Shown here: positions 57,333 to 64,000 of the stretch, one piece after another
Layout of the letters: each line of letters opens with the position of its first letter
How positions within the stretch are numbered: the stretch's first letter is position 1
DNA from: Candidatus Latescibacterota bacterium
GTDB lineage: Bacteria; Latescibacterota; UBA2968; GCA-2709665
Assembly: GCA_965203805.1 (NCBI GenBank)
Contig: OZ241917.1
Coordinates: forward strand, 1,376,001-1,440,000
Reading direction: 5' to 3'
DNA: 64,000 nt
Notes under the pieces: model-generated
The model's database searches: none
The model's input: only the letters and a program-made list of their open reading frames with translations
What the model was told of the DNA's origin: nothing
Translations under genes and position numbers: made by a program

Positions 57333-59015
57333 GTGATCCGGCGAGTTACGATAACGAACTTCAAGCGTTTCCGAAACCAGGCCTTTGAACTGGCGGACTC
57401 AGTCGTACTGGCCGGACCGAACAATGCAGGTAAGTCCACGTTACTCCAGGCGATTACAATGTGGAAGTTCGGTCTGGACCGCTGGATTTCTCAGCGCGTG
57501 GGAGGCAGGGCCGTTACCAGGTCCGGCATTGCGATACCGCGAGCCGATATTACTGCTGTCCCGCTCCGTGAAATGAATTTGCTCTGGGAAGATCGCCGGG
57601 TCACCGGGCCGCGCGGGATGTCGGGCAGCCGGCGGCTTATCGAAATCGTCGTCGAAGGCGAAGCGAACGGGGAATCCTGGACCTGTGGCATCGAACTCCA
57701 GTACGCCAATCCCGAGTTGGCATACGTACGGCCACTGGACGCGAAAAGTCTCGATAGAGAAACCTTGCGAAATTTCCCTCCGGAGGCGGCGCGGCAACTC
57801 AATATCGTTCACGTTCCTCCGCTTTCCGGCGTTGAGCGCGATGAGCCGCGGCGTGACAGAGGAATGCAGGACCTGTTGGTGGGACAGGGTCGGCCAGGCG
57901 AAATCCTGCGCAATCTCCTCCTGGAGATCGCCGAGAGCAAAGAAAGAGGGCGTTGGTTATCTCTTGCACGTCACATCAAGGAACTCTTTCGGATCGAATT
58001 GCTTAAGCCTGTCTATTCTCCTGCGCAACCATACATTGTGTGCGAGTACCGAGAGCCGGGGCACACCCGGCCACTGGATCTCTCAAACGCAGGAAGCGGT
58101 ACACTGCAAGTGCTTCTCTTATTCGCGTTCCTGTATGCCCGTCCCGCAACGGTGATATTGCTTGACGAGCCGGACGCCCACCAGCACGTCATTCTTCAAC
58201 GACAGGTCTACGACCTCATTCGCAAAGTTGCGCACGAACGTGGCGGGCAGATTATTGTTGCGACACATTCTGAGGTCGTTCTTGATGCGACTGAGCCCGA
58301 GCGGGTGATCGGGCTTTTTGGAAGCGCGCCGCGTTCGCTGGCTAGCGAGACGGAACGGAATCAACTCAGGGAGGCACTTAAACGCGTTACCACGACCGAT
58401 CTGTTGCTGGCTCAGGAAGTCGGCGCCGTTCTCTACGTTGAAAGCGAGACTGACGAAAGGATCCTCTCGGTATGGGCGCATCTCCTGGATCATCCTGCTC
58501 GACGATTCTTCGAGCGGCCTTTTGTCCATTGGTTGAGCGGACGAAGCCTGCGCGAGGCGAAAGCACATTTTTTCGCAATGCAAGCAGTGTTTCCAGGGCT
58601 GCCCGCAGTCTGTCTTCTCGACGGAGACAATCTCGACAGACCAGACTCCGAAATGACGGGCGCCGGCCTCGAGCTACTTCGGTGGCGTCGCTACGAGATT
58701 GAAAATTACCTCTTACAGCCGGAGGCAATAAAGCGTTTTGTCGACTTCCCGCTTATGAATTCAAAAATTGAAGCCGCGTTCTGGAGTCAAGTGCCCCGCG
58801 GTACCGATCTCTTTGGAAACCACGTGTCGTTAGAACGCGTAAAAGCCAGCGACGAGTTTCTTGTGCCACTTTTGGACGAGGTTGGCAAGAGGACACCGAA
58901 GCGAGATCTATATTTGTTAGCTACGACTATGGAGGAAGAGGAGATCCATCCCGAGATACGCGAAAAACTCGATCGCATCGCAGCATCGCTCAATACGCGT
59001 GAGTCGTCAGAATAG
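57333..59015 (+). CDS. ABC-type ATPase fused to TOPRIM-like domain (OLD/PARIS-like ATP-dependent nuclease)
   Basis: ITNFKRF, GPNNAGKS (Walker A), LSNAGSG (signature), LLDEPDAHQH, ATHS; TOPRIM LYVESETD, LLDGD, RRYEIENYLL. Confidence 0.82.
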   Translation: MIRRVTITNFKRFRNQAFELADSVVLAGPNNAGKSTLLQAITMWKFGLDRWISQRVGGRAVTRSGIAIPRADITAVPLREMNLLWEDRRVTGPRGMSGSRRLIEIVVEGEANGESWTCGIELQYANPELAYVRPLDAKSLDRETLRNFPPEAARQLNIVHVPPLSGVERDEPRRDRGMQDLLVGQGRPGEILRNLLLEIAESKERGRWLSLARHIKELFRIELLKPVYSPAQPYIVCEYREPGHTRPLDLSNAGSGTLQVLLLFAFLYARPATVILLDEPDAHQHVILQRQVYDLIRKVAHERGGQIIVATHSEVVLDATEPERVIGLFGSAPRSLASETERNQLREALKRVTTTDLLLAQEVGAVLYVESETDERILSVWAHLLDHPARRFFERPFVHWLSGRSLREAKAHFFAMQAVFPGLPAVCLLDGDNLDRPDSEMTGAGLELLRWRRYEIENYLLQPEAIKRFVDFPLMNSKIEAAFWSQVPRGTDLFGNHVSLERVKASDEFLVPLLDEVGKRTPKRDLYLLATTMEEEEIHPEIREKLDRIAASLNTRESSE

Positions 59016-59045
59016 CGATTCTCCATTATCCATAGGAACTCAGGA

Positions 59046-61844
59046 ATGCCTCTCGATCCCTGGTACAGGGCAACTACGCTTCGCAAGGAAGTACGGGAAG
59101 GTCGTTCGTTCAGCCCGGACGAGTTCGCGATTGCCCTCGAGCAGGTCGTCAACGGAAGTGCGCCGGAGGATTACAGCGATCCGGTCCAGTTTTTCTCGCG
59201 TACCTGTTTTACACGGGCATTGAATGAGCATACAGGTATGGTTCTGAGACGCCTTTTCGGGAGGACGGAAAACACAGCCCCGGTGTTAACACTCGTCACT
59301 CAGTTTGGTGGTGGCAAAACTCATACGCTGACAGCGCTCTACCACATTGCAAACATGGGAACCAATGCCTCCGGATTGCCGGGCCTTGCAGGTCTCCTGA
59401 ACGAGGCAGGCGTGTCCCGTGTCCCCGGCGTTAAAGTTGGCGTGTTCGTCGGCAATGCCTGGGACCCCTCGGAAGGACGGGAGACGCCCTGGATCGATCT
59501 GGCCCGGCAATTGGCTGGCGATAAGGGCGTTGCTTCGCTCGGCGGCGCGGCACGGAATACCCCACCAGGTACCGAGGCACTCAGCAAAGTGTTCGCGGAT
59601 GCGGATGCGCCTGTACTGCTGCTCTTCGATGAAGTCCTCAACTTCGTGAACCGACATCGAGGCCTGGCCGAGAGTTTTCACGCCTTTCTCCAGAATATGA
59701 CCGTAGCAATCACCGGGACCACTCACGCCGCTGCTGTTATCAGTTTGCCGCGAAGTCAGGTAGAGATGACCGACTGGGATCAGCAATGGCAGGACCGTAT
59801 AACCAAAGTCGTGCGCCGAGTCGCCCGCGACCTGATCGCCAATGATGAGTCCGAGATCAGTGAAGTTGTCCGCCGCAGACTATTTGAGAACCTCGGTAAA
59901 GATCGGGTACGCAAAAAAGTATCGAAAGCATACGCCGACTGGTGCTTTGAACGAACGGCACGACTCCCGTCCGAATGGTTGGCGGTCGATACGGCAACTA
60001 CAGAAGCGAGGGCAAAGGAGTTTTTGCGGAGTCGATTCGAAGCGTGTTATCCGTTTCACCCCGCAACGCTTTCGGTGTTTCAGCGTAAATGGCGAGCGCT
60101 TCCCCAATTTCAACAGACCCGGGGAGCTCTCGCCCTGCTGGCGCAATGGGTTTCATGGGCCGCAAGGCAGCAATTCAACAAAGCCCGTCGTGAGCCCCTG
60201 ATTACGCTGGGTTCAGCGCCATTGGATGTGCCCGAATTTCGGGCCGTTGTCCTTGGGCAGTTGGGTGAGGCCCGGCTTGACGTGGCAATTGACGCGGACA
60301 TTGCAGGCCGAGTGTCCCACGCGAGATCCCTTGATAAGGACGCCACGGGCGCACTTCGCGACATTCACCGGCGCGTGGGTACGACCATCCTGTTCGAGTC
60401 ATCCGGCGGGCAGGTGGATAAGGTTGCCCATTTGCCTGAACTGCGCTTTGCCCTGGGAGAGCCCGAAGTCGATACCGCCACCATAGACAACGCCGCGACA
60501 GATCTGGAAAAATCCGGTTTTTTCATCCGGAAGGTGGGTACGGACGGCTATCGTATCCACCACCAGGCCACATTAAAAAAGGTCGTAAGTGACCGTTTGG
60601 CATCGCTTGACGAAGATGCGGATATCAACCCGGCTATTCGTAAACTCATCCTGGCTGAATTCAAATCCGGCGCAACCCTACCGGTGGTCGAATTTCCAAA
60701 GGAGAGCGCCGATATCCATGATTCGCCGCGCCTCGTCCTTGTCGTCGCCGACCCCGATACCCAATTTTCAGATTCTTCCAATGGACATCCGCGCCAATCC
60801 GTGACTGTGAAGCGCATCCAAAATTGGACTACGGAACGCGGCAGTTCGCCGAGGCTTTACCCGGGCTCGTTGGTTTGGTGCGTCTGTAGACCGGGGCGAG
60901 AGCTCCGTCAGAAAGTGGAGCTATGGCTCGCTTGGCAGCGGATTGAACACGAAATACGCGAGGGCGTACTTGGCGTTGAATACGACCGCTCGGACTTCAC
61001 TGACGTCCGGACGCAGGTCAAAGATGCCCACGAGGCTGCCAAAGACGAAGCATGGGCGAGTTATCGCTTCGTCGCACTTGCGGACACACGAGAAGAGCAC
61101 GGCCTCAAGATCATCGATCTCGGCGCAGGTCATGCAAGTACTGGGGAGACCCTGTGCGGTCGAGTCCTCGGCGCCCTCAAGGGTGAGGCCCTCCTTAACG
61201 AATCCGTAGGCGCCGGCTATATCGAGCGGCACTGGCCACCGGCGTTTTCGGAAACCGCGGCCTGGCCGCTGACCAGCCTGCGTCAGAGTTTTCTTAATGG
61301 ATCGCTCACCCGGTTGATCGATCCGGACACGATTCTCCGTCGTAGGATTGTTGAGTTCGTAAAGAATGGTGACTTCGGCCTGGCCTCCAGACCCACGGAC
61401 AACGGTCGATACGAGCGAACTTGGCACGCAGAGGCCATCGAAGCCGAAGAAGTGGCGTTCGAGCCAAACGTCTTCCTGATCACAAAGAAGAAAGCGGCGG
61501 AACTTAAAGCAACGACCCCGGAACCGACACATCCGCATCCTGAACCAATTCCACAACCAGAACCTGATCCCCACCCGGGGCCTGACCCAGCACCTGAACC
61601 GGTACCGAGTCCCGGCCACGAAAAAACCACCGTCAGACTTTCAGGTTCGTTGCCTTCCGAAGTCTGGAACCGTCTTGGTACCAAACTGCTGCCCAAACTG
61701 CGCGCAGGAGAGGACTTTAGTTCGCGAATCGATCTTTCAGTACGTATCGACGCCTGGTCAGCCGAGAACACAATCAACGAATTGCGGCGAATTCTCGATG
61801 ACCTTGGCATAGTCGACCAGATTCAAATCGACGTTTCGGATTGA
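59046..61844 (+). CDS. DUF499 family AAA+ ATPase
   Basis: DPWYRATTLRKEV, DEFAIAL, TQFGGGKTHTL, LLLFDEV, EVVRRRLFE, YPFHP, FQQTRGAL. Confidence 0.9.
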   Translation: MPLDPWYRATTLRKEVREGRSFSPDEFAIALEQVVNGSAPEDYSDPVQFFSRTCFTRALNEHTGMVLRRLFGRTENTAPVLTLVTQFGGGKTHTLTALYHIANMGTNASGLPGLAGLLNEAGVSRVPGVKVGVFVGNAWDPSEGRETPWIDLARQLAGDKGVASLGGAARNTPPGTEALSKVFADADAPVLLLFDEVLNFVNRHRGLAESFHAFLQNMTVAITGTTHAAAVISLPRSQVEMTDWDQQWQDRITKVVRRVARDLIANDESEISEVVRRRLFENLGKDRVRKKVSKAYADWCFERTARLPSEWLAVDTATTEARAKEFLRSRFEACYPFHPATLSVFQRKWRALPQFQQTRGALALLAQWVSWAARQQFNKARREPLITLGSAPLDVPEFRAVVLGQLGEARLDVAIDADIAGRVSHARSLDKDATGALRDIHRRVGTTILFESSGGQVDKVAHLPELRFALGEPEVDTATIDNAATDLEKSGFFIRKVGTDGYRIHHQATLKKVVSDRLASLDEDADINPAIRKLILAEFKSGATLPVVEFPKESADIHDSPRLVLVVADPDTQFSDSSNGHPRQSVTVKRIQNWTTERGSSPRLYPGSLVWCVCRPGRELRQKVELWLAWQRIEHEIREGVLGVEYDRSDFTDVRTQVKDAHEAAKDEAWASYRFVALADTREEHGLKIIDLGAGHASTGETLCGRVLGALKGEALLNESVGAGYIERHWPPAFSETAAWPLTSLRQSFLNGSLTRLIDPDTILRRRIVEFVKNGDFGLASRPTDNGRYERTWHAEAIEAEEVAFEPNVFLITKKKAAELKATTPEPTHPHPEPIPQPEPDPHPGPDPAPEPVPSPGHEKTTVRLSGSLPSEVWNRLGTKLLPKLRAGEDFSSRIDLSVRIDAWSAENTINELRRILDDLGIVDQIQIDVSD
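61516..61614 (+). repeat. Pro-X dipeptide linker within the DUF499 ATPase
   Basis: PEPTHPHPEPIPQPEPDPHPGPDPAPEPVPSP precedes a small C-terminal domain. Confidence 0.75.
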
Positions 61845-61990
61845 GAGCACCTACGCGAAGGCACACGAAAAGAGCCAGATTTCGGCACGCTCTCTCACGT
61901 CTCAACAGTGTATTTTGTGTTCGTTAGAAATCAGATCGGGCTAGTCGGGGAAGTTCGAATTCGCCGTTTTTCTATAGGCATGAGCAAGCG

Positions 61991-62317
61991 ATGAAGACAA
62001 CAGGAATTGACCAGAGTACGCTAGACGAGATCATCCGGCGCGTCGTTGATGTCGCCCGGCCGGAAAAGATCATCCTGTTCGGGTCCGCCGCCCGGGGCGA
62101 GATGAACCGTCACAGCGACGTGGACTTGCTTATTATCAAAGACGGCGCGGATGCGCTTGAACTTATGGGCGAAATCTATATGAATCTCGATGGCGTCGGC
62201 GCAGCTGTCGACGCTGTTGTCGTAACGCCCGACGATTTAGAGCGGTATCGGGATAGTCACGCTGTGATCATCAAGCCCGCGTTGAAAGAAGGCAGGGTCG
62301 TATATGAATCCTCCTGA
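61991..62317 (+). CDS. minimal nucleotidyltransferase (MNT) antitoxin
   Basis: IILFGSAARGEMNRHSDVDLLII (GS-x10-DxD), 108 aa. Confidence 0.9.
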   Translation: MKTTGIDQSTLDEIIRRVVDVARPEKIILFGSAARGEMNRHSDVDLLIIKDGADALELMGEIYMNLDGVGAAVDAVVVTPDDLERYRDSHAVIIKPALKEGRVVYESS

Positions 62318-62693
62318 GCGATTCCCACCCGATGATCCGCGGGAATGGCTGAACCGCGCCAGAAGTAGCCTGGCAATCGCGAATAACCGAATTCCTGACG
62401 TTTACCTGGAAGACCTGTGCTTTGAAGCCCAGCAGGCAGCCGAAAAGGCCATCAAAGCCGTGATGATCAAGCGAGGCGTCGATTTCCCGTATGTACATGA
62501 CCTTGCCCGATTGCTTTCCCTGCTCAAAGAAGCGGACGAATCGATCCCAGACGTCGTCGGACAGGCCGGAAAGCTCACTCGATTCGCCACAATCACTCGC
62601 TATCCGATGAACCAGGCAGTCACTGATCAGCACTATCTGGAGGCGCTGTCCACCGCCGAAGCAGTCGTTCGGTGGGCGGAGGGGCGTGTGTGA
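62304..62693 (+). CDS. HEPN domain protein (partner of MNT)
   Basis: EWLNRA, CFEAQQAAEKAIKA, HDLARLL, TRYP; overlaps the MNT gene by 14 nt. Confidence 0.9.
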   Translation: MNPPERFPPDDPREWLNRARSSLAIANNRIPDVYLEDLCFEAQQAAEKAIKAVMIKRGVDFPYVHDLARLLSLLKEADESIPDVVGQAGKLTRFATITRYPMNQAVTDQHYLEALSTAEAVVRWAEGRV

Positions 62694-62695
62694 TC

Positions 62696-63520
62696 ATGCG
62701 AGCCGCATTCGTTGTGTTGGCGATGGTTTCGACCGTCGTAATCGGTCAGCCGGCCGTCGCGACCGAGGCGATTCAGGCCGTGTCGACCGATTCGGCTGCG
62801 AGCGCTCCCGCGACGCCCTTTGCGCGAGGCGCCTTCTATCTTCGTGCCGGGGCCGTTTTGGACTGGCCGTCGGGGACGCGGTTCGGAGACAGGGATTGTG
62901 AAAGCACGTCGCCGGCGGCGCTCTATGGATGCGGGGAGGGCGTGGACGGCGCTGCCCTCGGCGCCGCGGGTGATTTCGATAGAACCACCGGATTCACAGT
63001 CGGCATCGGCTACATTGCCTCCAGTCGGGTCCGCGTCGAAGCCGAGGTTCAGTACCGCATGGAGTTTTCTTTCAACGGCCGCGCCAATTTCACGCAAACC
63101 ACGGGCCGTCAGGACGTCTTGGCCGACCTGTCCTCTCTTTCCACGCTTCTCAGCGCCTTTGCAGACCTCCCCGGGCGGGGGCCGTTCAATCCGCACGTCG
63201 GGGTCGGCGGCGGCCTGTCGCGCAATTCCATCGGCGAGACCCGCATGGAGTTCCCCAGGACAACCACGGTCGTGCCGGGCGCAAGTCGGGTTGGGTTCGC
63301 ATGGATGTTGACCGCGGGCGTTGCGGCGCGGGTCCGGGAAAAGATGACGGTGGACGTGGGGTGGCGGTACGTGAATTCAGGCGCCGTGGAGACGGGAAGG
63401 GCCATGGGTCGAATCGTCTGGCGCGATGGCAGCCGCGATCCGTTGGAACTCGAACTGGCGGAGACCTGGGCGAATCTGTCCAGCCACGGGCTTCGCGTGT
63501 CTCTACGTTACGGACTCTGA
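62696..63520 (+). CDS. outer-membrane beta-barrel protein (opacity/porin-like) with signal peptide
   Basis: Signal-like N-terminus, FYLRAG, VGIGY, RVEAE, FNPHVGVGGG, FAWMLTAGV, VDVGWRYVNSG, terminal LRVSLRYGL. Confidence 0.78.
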   Translation: MRAAFVVLAMVSTVVIGQPAVATEAIQAVSTDSAASAPATPFARGAFYLRAGAVLDWPSGTRFGDRDCESTSPAALYGCGEGVDGAALGAAGDFDRTTGFTVGIGYIASSRVRVEAEVQYRMEFSFNGRANFTQTTGRQDVLADLSSLSTLLSAFADLPGRGPFNPHVGVGGGLSRNSIGETRMEFPRTTTVVPGASRVGFAWMLTAGVAARVREKMTVDVGWRYVNSGAVETGRAMGRIVWRDGSRDPLELELAETWANLSSHGLRVSLRYGL

Positions 63521-63563
63521 GCTCGATTCCCGCCGAAAACGGTGGAAACCGGGGAACCGCGGC

Positions 63564-64000
63564 ATGACGACGTACAGCGTCTATTTTGCGGGCGAACTCT
63601 TCGACCACAAACATCTCATCGGCAATGCGATCCTGGCAGAGGCCATTGAGCGCGAATCAGATGGACGGTACGCCTGCATCGTGCCGCAACACCTCGAACA
63701 GGCCACGGAACGGGCGGTCGACATCCGGAACCAGGACCTGAAGCAGGTAATGGCCTGCGACCTGGGCCTGTTCAACTTCGACGGTACGGACCTGGATTCG
63801 GGCACGGTCGTGGAATTCATGCTGGCCAAATTCCTGGACATTCCGTCGGTCATTCTGCGGTCCGACTTCCGGTCTTCCGGAGACCAGGACAAGGACGGCG
63901 ACGCGTGGAACCTGATGTGCTCGTTCTACCCTCGCGTCCGCACGCTCGGGTTCAACGCGATGGCCTGGTACCAGGAAGCGCGGGACGGCGCATCGGACCT
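63564..64000 (+). CDS. nucleoside 2-deoxyribosyltransferase family protein (partial, runs off the right edge)
   Basis: Absent from the ORF track; manual translation MTTYSVYFAGELF...VPQ...IRNQDL...FDGTDLDSGTVVEF...LRSDFR...WNLM. Confidence 0.85.
   Translation, partial: MTTYSVYFAGELFDHKHLIGNAILAEAIERESDGRYACIVPQHLEQATERAVDIRNQDLKQVMACDLGLFNFDGTDLDSGTVVEFMLAKFLDIPSVILRSDFRSSGDQDKDGDAWNLMCSFYPRVRTLGFNAMAWYQEARDGASD

Noticed and set aside
40470-59015. Gabija system (UvrD plus OLD-like nuclease)
   Set aside because: The two genes are about 13.6 kb apart on opposite strands, and the UvrD is an EndoQ fusion with host-like composition.
46446-61844. canonical BREX, DISARM or type III R-M
   Set aside because: No PglZ, BrxA/B/L, DrmB/DUF1998 or Res/Mod pair recognised; DUF1156 plus DUF499 fits the restriction-like family better.
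63564-64000. NDT-family gene as a defence effector (retron-type)
   Set aside because: No reverse transcriptase nearby, host-like GC, separated from the island by the beta-barrel gene; downstream context not visible.

Overview
High-GC bacterial chromosomal window; no rRNA, tRNA, CRISPR array, integrase or transposase was seen. 1-43.7 kb is metabolic: pdxA (runs off the left edge), a GNAT, a DUF6785/6784-type membrane protein, a redoxin-2OG oxygenase and a GT4/DUF445/DCC1-LMF operon. A long minus-strand run (9.2-38.8 kb) follows, with three PhyH dioxygenases, two DegT aminotransferases, pabB, an FGGY kinase/phosphotriesterase-like lactonase/creatininase/DUF1445 catabolic set, an N-methylglutamate-type amine-utilisation operon carrying TWO different GATase+GXGXG pairs, and a sulfatase maturase. 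rhaB and an EndoQ(PHP)-UvrD fusion come next. From about 43.7 to 62.7 kb the DNA is visibly less GC-rich and accessory: a short repeat-rich scar, three tandem paralogues of an unrecognised membrane-anchored double zinc-ribbon protein, and a divergently transcribed defence operon. That operon is SNF2 helicase-DUF3883 (1-nt frameshift), a 1369-aa Cap4-like nuclease/P-loop NTPase/helical-repeat protein, DUF1156 methylase, an ABC-ATPase-TOPRIM protein and DUF499 ATPase, followed by an MNT-HEPN pair. The window ends with an outer-membrane beta-barrel gene and a partial nucleoside 2-deoxyribosyltransferase-family gene. Best novelty candidates: the restriction-like chassis with two interleaved effector genes, the zinc-ribbon triplet, and the duplicated-subunit methylamine-type operon. 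All family calls come from motif recognition by eye; no database searches were run.
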